Source: Geobacter sp.
GTDB lineage: Bacteria; Myxococcota_A; UBA9160; JADFDR01
Reading direction: 5' to 3'
DNA: 42,935 bases
NCBI GenBank assembly: GCA_018262735.1
Contig: JADFDR010000001.1
Coordinates: forward strand, 1 to 42,935
In this document: positions 1 through 8,375 of the stretch, one piece after another
How the letters are laid out: every line of letters starts with the position of its first letter
How positions within the stretch are numbered: the first letter of the stretch is position 1
Program-made: the position numbers and the translations under genes
Notes under the pieces: model-generated
Seen by the model: the letters and a program-made list of their open reading frames with translations, nothing else
Database searches by the model: none
Told to the model about the DNA's origin: nothing

Positions 1-129
1 CATCTGGTGCTGCGTCAACCAGACCGTCTCGCGCTCCAGCCGCACGTCCACCCGTACTTCACCGTCGGACGCCTCGTAAACGACGACCTCTCCGCCCGGC
101 AACTCCATCATCCGTCCATTCTTTGACAT
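1..129 (-). CDS. RhuM-like (virulence RhuM / Fic-associated) protein, N-terminal part; runs off the window edge
   Basis: Not in the ORF track. Manual translation from ATG 129 gives MSKNGRMMELPGGEVVVYEASDGEVRVDVRLERETVWLTQHQM; the 'vvYe..dG...vdVrle.ETvWLTQ.QM' pattern is the typical RhuM-type N-terminus. Starts 5 nt after the upstream stop. Confidence 0.75.
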   Translation of the reverse strand, partial: MSKNGRMMELPGGEVVVYEASDGEVRVDVRLERETVWLTQHQM

Positions 130-134
130 TTCGA

Positions 135-341
135 TTAGCGCGTGACTCGCACTGCGGTTCCCGCTTCGATCAGCGGCTCTTGGAGATCAACGGTAACGTC
201 CGATAGGTCGATGCACTGGGGCGACACATGAAAGTTTAAAACCTGTTCCATTTCATCTCCGATTTCATCCGCCTTGGTAAATGCCTCGATGAGATCATCA
301 CTCCATCCAAGCTGCCGTAGGACTTTTTGAGTTTCATTCAT
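135..341 (-). CDS. Small acidic hypothetical protein (68 aa)
   Basis: ATG at 341 overlaps the TGA (338-340) of the upstream gene (ATGA coupling); MNETQKVLRQLGWSDDLIEAF...; its stop lies 5 nt before the RhuM-like start. Confidence 0.6.
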   Translation of the reverse strand: MNETQKVLRQLGWSDDLIEAFTKADEIGDEMEQVLNFHVSPQCIDLSDVTVDLQEPLIEAGTAVRVTR

Positions 342-1000
342 CGGCTTCCCCCTCGTTGAATTCTGAAGAGCGCGTAGTTTGAAGAAATAAATACTTTGAA
401 AATCGGAGTGTTCTCGAATGCCCAATAGAACAATGCCCAAAGTCTCCGGATAGCGCGATCCAATTCCGAAATTCGCTCGGGGCGATCAATCTTGATTCGA
501 AGTTCTTGCTTCGCAACCTCTCGCGAAATGCCATGGCTATGGGTTTCCCAAACGTCATGGGAACATAGCGTCGTTGCAGCTTCGCGCGCACGCTTGCGCC
601 GCTCATCCGGCGTCACAAAAGTTCCGTCGCTGTGAACCGTCCAATCTCGAAACTTGTAACTCTCTAAGTAAGTCGTGGCGAGCAAAATTGAATACTCGCT
701 CAATGTAAGTACGTTACCCAGCTCTTTGGGGTCGATGCTGCGCAAAATTTGTATATCGGTCCATGCAGGGCTTTGTCCCGCTTTGAGCAACTTCTCGCCT
801 CGCTGCCGAATGGTCTCTACACCGGCGATGGCTTTTTGAATTTCATCGCGAAGATTCAGCGGACTCCCTGGAGTGATATCAACCAGGCTTGCGTATTCGC
901 GCTCATCTTCCATCGCATCGAGCAGCGACTTAACGGTTTTCTTTCCTGCTCGCGACGGTGCAGCATGTTTGCTTCGTTTCTTCGATGATCCTCGAGACAT
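338..1000 (-). CDS. SDH-family (Clp-fold) serine-protease-like protein, apparently lacking the catalytic core (possible internally deleted allele)
   Basis: Strong RBS (AAGGAGAAGA) before ATG 1000. The C-terminal half (YKFRDWTVH..VT..ERRKRAREAA..LCSHDVWETHSHGISREVAKQELRIKI) resembles SDH/Clp-fold protease C-termini, but no TPGG, SAGT or GPIDPQ motif is present. Confidence 0.5.
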   Translation of the reverse strand: MSRGSSKKRSKHAAPSRAGKKTVKSLLDAMEDEREYASLVDITPGSPLNLRDEIQKAIAGVETIRQRGEKLLKAGQSPAWTDIQILRSIDPKELGNVLTLSEYSILLATTYLESYKFRDWTVHSDGTFVTPDERRKRAREAATTLCSHDVWETHSHGISREVAKQELRIKIDRPERISELDRAIRRLWALFYWAFENTPIFKVFISSNYALFRIQRGGSR

Positions 1001-1556
1001 TCTTCTCCTTGAGCGCTTCCGTCTGCGACGCCCATCATTCATTCCCCCACAATCAATGCCCCGCATCAAAAAGGCGTAGCAGACCGTATTGTGTGTCAGC
1101 GCGAGATTGTGAAAGAGTTTCGTGTCGGGAAACTATTGTACTTCCGACGCCATGGCCAGTGATGAAAACCCCTCACCAATGTCTGCCGTCATCTTGATAA
1201 CTCAAAAGTGTTACGCATCGAACAGCGCCGATCGCTGGGAGCATTGAAATTCGCAACGTGGGCCTGTCGGATTTTACGGCGTGTGTCGCAAAGAGAGACA
1301 TAGCCGCTGCTTGCGCCGAGCGGGCTCCATGCGAGCGAAGAATTCCGCGTCGAAAAACTCCGCAATTCTTTTCATGTCCCTTTTTCAGGCAGATGGATTT
1401 TGGCGCTCAAAAACAACCCATCACACCCCGCGCAAACTCGTAAAGCCGACGGAGGCGCTGCCGTAGAAGAAGCGAAGGTGCCGCCGCGCAAGCAGGCGAA
1501 AGCACACGAAAAAATCTCTGTAAGTCGGAAAACAGAACAGGTAGGATGACCGCGCC

Positions 1557-4500
1557 GTGACCGAACTCGAATCTCTTCTGAATCAATATCGTGCCCTGTC
1601 GCAAAGCGAACGCGAAAAGGGCACCTATTTCGAATTGCTCATCCGAAGCTACCTCCAAAACGAGGCGAGCTATCGGGATTTATACAGCGACGTTTGGATG
1701 TACGGCGACTGGGCCAAGCTCCAAGGGCTGCCCGCGCGAGACACCGGCATCGACTTGGTGGCCAAAACGCACACCGGCGACTATCACGCAGTTCAGTGTA
1801 AGCTCTATGCCGCCGACTACACCCTGCAAAAAAGCGACATCGACAGTTTCTTCACCGCCTCCGGAAAAAAAATCTTCCGCCACCGCATCATCGTCAGCAC
1901 CACCAATCTTTGGAGCCCGCACGCGCTCGATGCGCTCGAAGATCAGCAACCGCCCGTCACCAAGATCGACTTGCAAGCGCTCGAAGAAAGCCAGATCGAC
2001 TGGAGCCACTATCAGCCCTCGAAGGCCGTTGCGCTCAAACCCAAAAAGACGCTGCGGCCCCATCAAGAAAAGGCGCTGCGCGATGTCACGCACGGGCTCA
2101 AGAAAGCCGATCGCGGCAAGCTCATCATGGCGTGCGGCACCGGCAAGACTTTCACCGCGCTCAAGATCGCCGAAGAAATCGCCGGCAAAAACGGCCGCGT
2201 GCTGTTTCTCGTGCCAAGCCTTGCGCTCCTTTCGCAAACGCTCACCGAGTGGACACAAGAAAGTGCCATTCCCTTGCACAGCTTTGCGGTTTGTTCCGAT
2301 AGCGACGTCGGCAAGAAGGGCAAAAGAGACAAGCACGACGAAGACGCAGTGTCCATACTCACGCACGAGCTGCGCTACCCCGCCACCACCGACGCCAAAT
2401 CGCTCGCGCGCGAAATGCAAGCCCGGCACGACAAAACACATATGAGTGTCGTCTTCTCGACCTATCACTCGATCGACGTCATCGCGCAGGCGCAAAAGAA
2501 GCACGAACTCGACGACTTCGATCTGATCATCTGCGACGAAGCGCACCGCACCACCGGCGTCACCTTCGCAAACGAAGACGAAAGCAACTTCGTCAAAGTC
2601 CACGACGCCAAGTTTTTGCGCGCCAAAAAGCGGCTCTACATGACGGCCACACCGCGCATCTACACCGACAACGCCAAAGCCATCGCCGAGCGCGACAACT
2701 TCACGCTCTGTTCCATGGACGACGAATCGCTCTACGGCGAACTTTTGCACGTGCTCTCGTTCTCGGAATCCGTGCAGCAAGGTTTGCTCGTCGATTACAA
2801 AGTCGTGGTGCTCTCGGTGGAAGAAGCCCACGTAAGCCGCCGCTTGCAAAAGCTCCTGGCCGACGAAAACAATCAACTCAAGGTCGACGACGCCGCGAAG
2901 ATCGTTGGTTGCTGGAAGGCGCTCGCCAAACAAGGACTCACCGAAGACTTAACGGGCGACACCGAACCGATGCACCGCGCCGTCGCGTTTTGCCAAGTGA
3001 TCGACCCGAGCACCAAGGCCAAGGTGCACAAAGTCAGCTCCCGGAACATCGCCTCGATGTTTCAAGCCGTGGTCGAGGCCTATCAAGCGCAAGAAAACAG
3101 CGAAACCGCCGCGAGGCTGCGCTGCGAAGCCGCACACGTCGACGGCACGATGAACGCAAGCGAGAAGGACGAAAAACTCCAGTGGCTCAAAGCCGACACC
3201 GACGAAACCACCTGCCGCATCTTGAGCAATGTGCGCTGCCTTTCCGAAGGCGTGGACGTGCCCGCACTCGACGCCGTGCTCTTCTTGACGCCGCGCAACT
3301 CGCAAGTGGACGTGGTGCAATCGGTCGGCCGCGTCATGCGCAACTCGCCCGGCAAAAAACGCGGCTACGTGATCTTGCCCGTCGTGATCCCCGCTGGTGT
3401 CGAGCCGCACAAAGCGCTCGACGACAACGCCACCTACGCCGTAGTGTGGCAGGTCTTGCAAGCGCTTCGCTCCCACGACGATCGCTTCGACGCCATGATC
3501 AACAAGATGGATCTCGATCTCAACCGGGGCATGCTGTCGAAGATGGAAGTCGTCGCCATCACCGACAAGATCGCGCCCCGAAGCAAACGCTCCGACGGTG
3601 CGAGCCTAAGCGGCGCGGCGCGCGGCAGCGCACTCCTCGGCGAGCCGCAAATGCAACATCCCGAGCCCAAGCAAACGCCGCTGCGCTTCGAGATCGGCGA
3701 GATCGAACGCGCGATCTACGCGAAGGTCGTGCAGAAGTGCGGCAACCGGCATCACTGGGAAGACTGGGCGAACGACATCGCCAAGATCGCGCGCACGCAC
3801 ATCGACCGCATCACCGGCATCCTCGAAAAGCCGTCCAACACCAAAGAGCGTAAAGCCTTCGCGAGCTTTGCCGAAGAGCTTCGCGACGATCTCAACGACA
3901 GCATCAGCGACGCAGAAGTCATCGAAATGCTCGCGCAGCACCTCATCACCAAGCCGGTCTTCGACGCGCTGTTTGAGGATTACAGCTTTGCAAGCCACAA
4001 CCCCATCTCGAAGTCGATGCAAGCCGTGCTCGACGCGCTCCACGAACACCACCTCGACAAAGAAGCCGACACGCTCGAAAAATTCTATGCCAGCGTAAAG
4101 CAACGCGCCGAAGGCATCGAAGGCGCGGCGGGCAAACAGAAAATCGTGATCGAGCTTTACGACAAGTTCTTCCGCAACGCCTTCCCGAAGATGACCGAAC
4201 GACTCGGGATTGTGTACACACCCGTCGAAGTCGTGGATTTCATCCTGCACAGCGTGAACCATCTACTAAAGCAAGAATTTGATCTCACGCTCGGCAGCAA
4301 GGGCGTCCACATCCTCGATCCCTTCACCGGCACGGGCACCTTCATCACGCGGCTCTTGCAGAGCGGCCTCATTCAAGCCAAGGAACTGCCGCAGAAATAC
4401 CGGCACGAAATTCACGCCAACGAAATCGTGCTGCTCGCCTATTACATCGCGGCCATCAACATCGAAGCGGTGTATCACAGCGTCGTCGGTGGCGAATACG

Positions 4501-6485
4501 TTCCCTTCGAAGGCATCTGCCTCACCGATACGTTTCAGCTTTACGAGAAAGAAGATCTCATCAGCGAGCTTCTCGTCGACAACAGCGCGCGCCGCACGCG
4601 CCAAAAGAAACTCGATATTCGCGTGATCCTCGGCAACCCGCCGTATTCCGTCGGACAAACAAGCGCGAACGACAACAATCAGAATGTGGCTTATCCGCAG
4701 CTCGATGAGCGCATTCGCTCGACATATGCCGAGCGATCTACGGCGACACTGAAGAATGCACTTTATGACAGCTACATCCGCGCCATTCGCTGGGCAAGCG
4801 ATCGCATCGGCAAGAGCGGAATCGTGGGTTTCGTGACCAACGCCGGCTTCATCGAGGCCAACACCGCCGACGGTCTGCGCAAATGCCTCGCGGAAGAGTT
4901 TTCCAACATTTATTTGTTTCACCTCCGTGGCAACCAACGCACCAGTGGCGAAACCTCGCGCAAAGAAGGTGGAAAAATTTTTGGCGGTGGCAGTCGCGCG
5001 CCGATCGTCCTTTCGTTCTTGGTCAAAAATCCCGAAGCCAAAGAACACGGCCAGATCTTTTTCCACGACATCGGCGATTATCTAAACCGCGAAGAGAAGC
5101 TCGCCAAAATTGCCGAGTTCCAAAGCGTGGCAGGAATCACCGCCGCAAAAGGCTGGAAGCAGATCACGCCCGACGCGCACGGCGACTGGCTCAAGCAACG
5201 CGACGACAGCTTCGGAAAGTTCATCGTTCTCGGCGACAAAGAAGGCGTCGAAGCGAAAAAACTTTTTGAGAATTATTCGTGCGGTGTCAAAACCAATCGC
5301 GACGCTTGGTGTTACAACGCTTCTCGCTCCGAAGTCGCCGCGAACATGGAGCGAATGATCGGCTTCTACAACCGCGAAGTGTCGCGCTTCACCAAAGCAC
5401 ACGCTGGCCTCGACAAGAAGAAGCTCGAAGCCAAAGTGAACGACTTCATTAATACCGATCCGACAAAAATAAGTTGGGATCATGCACAAAGAATTGGTGT
5501 TGTTGCAAACCGCAAAGAGTCTTTTCGCAACGATGCAATTCTGCCGAGCCTCTACCGGCCCTACACGAAACAATGGTTGTACTATGATCGATATTTTAAT
5601 AACCGTGTCTACCAGATGCCTCGCATTTTCCCCGATGCCGAAGCCGAAAATCTGGTGATTCAAATCAATGCAAAGTATTCAGGACACGGGCAAATTGCCC
5701 TAATTAGCGATGCGCTTCCAGATCTTCATTGCGACGGCGATTCTCAATGTTTCCCGCTCTACCTCTACGACGAACCGGAAGAAACCGAAGACTCGCAATC
5801 CTCCCTCTTCGCGAAGTCGAAGAAGAACGGTCGCACGCGCCGCGATGCCATCACCAAAGAAGGCCATGAACACTTTCGCGTGTCTTACCCCGGCGAAAAA
5901 ATCAACAAAGAAGACATCTTCTATTACATCTACAGCTTGCTCCACTCGCCCGACTACCGCGAACGCTACGCCGACAATCTCAGCAAAGAGCTGCCGCGCA
6001 TTCCGTGCGTGAAAAAGGCCAGTGATTTCTGGGCCTTCAGCCAAGCCGGCCGCGCCCTCGCAAAGCTCCACCTCGGCTACGAAACCGCAAAGCTCTATCC
6101 GCTCAAGATCGAAGCCAGCACGCGCGGCAGAGTCTCGCAAGCAGATGCCTACCGTGTCGAAAAAATGCGTTACGCAAAAAAGAAAGTGAACGGAAAATCC
6201 GTCGACGACAAAACCACCCTCATCTACAACGAGCACTTCACGCTCACGAACATCCCGCTCGAAGCCTACGACTACGTCGTCAACGGCAAACCCGCCCTCG
6301 ACTGGATCGTCGAGCGCCAAGGCGTCAGCACCCACAAAGACAGCGGCATCACAAACGACGCCAACGCCTACGCCACCGAAACCCTCAAAAACCCCAAATA
6401 CCCCCTCGAACTCTTCCAACGCCTAATCACCGTCAGCCTAGAAACCACAAAAATCATCCAAACCCTCCCCGCGTTGGATATCTGA
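1557..6485 (+). CDS. Type ISP single-polypeptide restriction-modification enzyme (Mrr-like nuclease + SF2 helicase + N6-adenine methyltransferase + target recognition domain; LlaGI/LlaBIII-like)
   Basis: 1642 aa with motifs in the canonical order: nuclease DTGIDLVA...AVQCK, Walker A MACGTGKT, CDEAHR, helicase-C LSEGVDVP/QSVGRVMR, MTase motif I DPFTGTG and motif IV GNPPY, then a TRD with YRPY/LPRIP/YVVNGKPALDW. Confidence 0.93.
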   Translation: MTELESLLNQYRALSQSEREKGTYFELLIRSYLQNEASYRDLYSDVWMYGDWAKLQGLPARDTGIDLVAKTHTGDYHAVQCKLYAADYTLQKSDIDSFFTASGKKIFRHRIIVSTTNLWSPHALDALEDQQPPVTKIDLQALEESQIDWSHYQPSKAVALKPKKTLRPHQEKALRDVTHGLKKADRGKLIMACGTGKTFTALKIAEEIAGKNGRVLFLVPSLALLSQTLTEWTQESAIPLHSFAVCSDSDVGKKGKRDKHDEDAVSILTHELRYPATTDAKSLAREMQARHDKTHMSVVFSTYHSIDVIAQAQKKHELDDFDLIICDEAHRTTGVTFANEDESNFVKVHDAKFLRAKKRLYMTATPRIYTDNAKAIAERDNFTLCSMDDESLYGELLHVLSFSESVQQGLLVDYKVVVLSVEEAHVSRRLQKLLADENNQLKVDDAAKIVGCWKALAKQGLTEDLTGDTEPMHRAVAFCQVIDPSTKAKVHKVSSRNIASMFQAVVEAYQAQENSETAARLRCEAAHVDGTMNASEKDEKLQWLKADTDETTCRILSNVRCLSEGVDVPALDAVLFLTPRNSQVDVVQSVGRVMRNSPGKKRGYVILPVVIPAGVEPHKALDDNATYAVVWQVLQALRSHDDRFDAMINKMDLDLNRGMLSKMEVVAITDKIAPRSKRSDGASLSGAARGSALLGEPQMQHPEPKQTPLRFEIGEIERAIYAKVVQKCGNRHHWEDWANDIAKIARTHIDRITGILEKPSNTKERKAFASFAEELRDDLNDSISDAEVIEMLAQHLITKPVFDALFEDYSFASHNPISKSMQAVLDALHEHHLDKEADTLEKFYASVKQRAEGIEGAAGKQKIVIELYDKFFRNAFPKMTERLGIVYTPVEVVDFILHSVNHLLKQEFDLTLGSKGVHILDPFTGTGTFITRLLQSGLIQAKELPQKYRHEIHANEIVLLAYYIAAINIEAVYHSVVGGEYVPFEGICLTDTFQLYEKEDLISELLVDNSARRTRQKKLDIRVILGNPPYSVGQTSANDNNQNVAYPQLDERIRSTYAERSTATLKNALYDSYIRAIRWASDRIGKSGIVGFVTNAGFIEANTADGLRKCLAEEFSNIYLFHLRGNQRTSGETSRKEGGKIFGGGSRAPIVLSFLVKNPEAKEHGQIFFHDIGDYLNREEKLAKIAEFQSVAGITAAKGWKQITPDAHGDWLKQRDDSFGKFIVLGDKEGVEAKKLFENYSCGVKTNRDAWCYNASRSEVAANMERMIGFYNREVSRFTKAHAGLDKKKLEAKVNDFINTDPTKISWDHAQRIGVVANRKESFRNDAILPSLYRPYTKQWLYYDRYFNNRVYQMPRIFPDAEAENLVIQINAKYSGHGQIALISDALPDLHCDGDSQCFPLYLYDEPEETEDSQSSLFAKSKKNGRTRRDAITKEGHEHFRVSYPGEKINKEDIFYYIYSLLHSPDYRERYADNLSKELPRIPCVKKASDFWAFSQAGRALAKLHLGYETAKLYPLKIEASTRGRVSQADAYRVEKMRYAKKKVNGKSVDDKTTLIYNEHFTLTNIPLEAYDYVVNGKPALDWIVERQGVSTHKDSGITNDANAYATETLKNPKYPLELFQRLITVSLETTKIIQTLPALDI

Positions 6486-6591
6486 TTTTGCCGCCCCGGT
6501 ATTGACTGAAGCATGTCTGGCACCCTGGAAGCATTGCTTGTATGACCATGAATTGTTTAACATTTAATTGCGTAGATATAGAGTATTCGTT

Positions 6592-7392
6592 ATGGGCGTT
6601 GACCAATCGCTTACCGCGTTGCTTACTAGCGCAGCATCTTTTGCAGCCGCGATAGCGGCGCTATGGACGGTGCGACAAATGTCAAAGCAGCATGCTGCCT
6701 CCTATCGTCCAGAGCTGGTAATGCGCCGATCAACCGTGTATGGGGGGCCTCTATCAGTTTTACCTTCTTCACTACCGATGGAATGGAAGGACGTACCCAG
6801 CGATGCAACAAACAGTCATGCTGACCAGAAGGCAACGTTGCAACTCATCAATATCGGCCTTGGGGTCGCAAAAAATCTAACTGTCTGCTGGTCGTTTGAC
6901 TTAGATCGTGCCGTAGAACAGATCAACTCCCTCGCGCACAAACGATCTTTCCAGACAAAAATTTTTATCAATGAGCAGCAAAGACTTGAATTTGTTTCTT
7001 CTGAATTTGGAAACCAGGCAATTCTACGCCTACACACAGAAAAGGAAGAATTCGAATACCTGATACCTTTCCATGAGCAACGCGAACCACTTCTCTTACA
7101 TTTCCCCCACGACTACCAGCTTGTTGTTTCGACTCTTGTTGCGCTTTGTATGAAAGACATTGCGCTATCAGGCCCACACTATTCCTTCACACCACCGCCT
7201 CTGACCGCAACCGTCTCCTATCACGATCTTGGAAACAAAAAACACACTCAGGTCTTTCCGCTGCAACCGAATATACCTCAGTGCAGCGGAGGACCTCCCT
7301 TTCACTTTATTTTGGAAACACTCGTCGGCAAATCTCTTGTGAAGTCCCAGAGATGTAAACATTGCTTTACTCGGTCGCGCAAAAAACAATAA
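6592..7392 (+). CDS. Hypothetical protein with an N-terminal transmembrane helix, AT-rich
   Basis: ORF of ~266 aa from ATG 6592; hydrophobic LTALLTSAASFAAAIAALWTV, then YRPELV and LINIGLGVAKNL; base composition visibly AT-richer than the flanks. Confidence 0.7.
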   Translation: MGVDQSLTALLTSAASFAAAIAALWTVRQMSKQHAASYRPELVMRRSTVYGGPLSVLPSSLPMEWKDVPSDATNSHADQKATLQLINIGLGVAKNLTVCWSFDLDRAVEQINSLAHKRSFQTKIFINEQQRLEFVSSEFGNQAILRLHTEKEEFEYLIPFHEQREPLLLHFPHDYQLVVSTLVALCMKDIALSGPHYSFTPPPLTATVSYHDLGNKKHTQVFPLQPNIPQCSGGPPFHFILETLVGKSLVKSQRCKHCFTRSRKKQ

Positions 7393-7493
7393 CAATGTTC
7401 AAACCCTTGGATCACAGCTCATCAAAACATCTTTTAGAATCAACGCAATATTGTGATTTTTTCGCAACCACACCGAAGAGGGACAACAGCACC

Positions 7494-8291
7494 ATGAAAT
7501 TCGTTTTGAGCATTGCGGGGTCGGATCCGACGGGTGGGGCGGGGTTGCAGCTCGATCTGCAGGTTTTGCAGGCGCTCGGTGTGCGCGGCGGGGCGGTGGT
7601 GACGGCGATTACGCAGCAGGATACGGCGAAGGTGCATCAGGTGTTGCCGATTTTTCCGTCGGTGGTGCTCGACCAGTTGCGCGTGCTGCTGCGCGACATC
7701 ACGCCGGATGCGATCAAGATCGGCATGCTCGCGAGCGACGATGTGGCGCGCGATGTGCTGCTCGCGCTCTCGCAATTTGAGGCGCTCAAGAAGCCGCGGC
7801 CACCGACGGTGCTCGATCCGGTGCTTGCGGCGAGCGACGGCACGCCGCTGCTCGAACGCCGCGCCTGGGGCACGCTGATCGAGTTCTTCCCGCACGTCAT
7901 GCTCGTGACACCGAATCTTGTCGAGGCCGAGCGCCTCAGCGGGCTTGATATGTCGAGCGCCGCAAACATCGAACGCGCGGCGGCGTATTTTCTTGACGAG
8001 TTGCGCGCGCAGGCGGTGCTGATCAAAGGCGGCCACGCCGCGGACGGCGCGCGCGATCTGCTCGCGCAAAAGACGGATGACGCAATTCAGTTTCGCTGGT
8101 TCGAAGCCGAGCGCCTGGATTGCGGCCCGGTGCGCGGCACGGGCTGCGCGCTTTCGTCGGCCATCGCCGCGCGGCTCGCCCAAGGCGACCGCCTCGAAGC
8201 CGCCATCGAGCGCGCCAAAGCCTTCGTCACGCAAGCGATGCAGCGCGCCGCAAGCGTCGGCTCCGGCGCCAAATTGCTCGGGTTACACTAG
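7494..8291 (+). CDS. thiD: Hydroxymethylpyrimidine/phosphomethylpyrimidine kinase (ThiD family)
   Basis: VLSIAGSDPTGGAG, IKIGML, VLDPV, TPNLVEA, LIKGGH and RGTGC motifs; RBS-like GAGGGA upstream of ATG 7494. Confidence 0.88.
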   Translation: MKFVLSIAGSDPTGGAGLQLDLQVLQALGVRGGAVVTAITQQDTAKVHQVLPIFPSVVLDQLRVLLRDITPDAIKIGMLASDDVARDVLLALSQFEALKKPRPPTVLDPVLAASDGTPLLERRAWGTLIEFFPHVMLVTPNLVEAERLSGLDMSSAANIERAAAYFLDELRAQAVLIKGGHAADGARDLLAQKTDDAIQFRWFEAERLDCGPVRGTGCALSSAIAARLAQGDRLEAAIERAKAFVTQAMQRAASVGSGAKLLGLH

Positions 8292-8375
8292 CGAGTTTCG
8301 AAAAGCACACGCCTCGTTCGGCTTCCTGTTCAAAAGCAGCAGCGCAGCGCATGCAGTTTTGTGTCGCTGCGTGCG

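Noticed and set aside
1266..1556. Retron-like msr/msd from the inverted repeats
   Set aside because: No reverse transcriptase in the window; kept only as a low-interest structural note.
6586..7400. Orphan gene as an integron cassette (GTTATG before the start, TAAC at the stop)
   Set aside because: No attC-like palindrome or closing GTTRRRY follows, and there is no integrase in the window.
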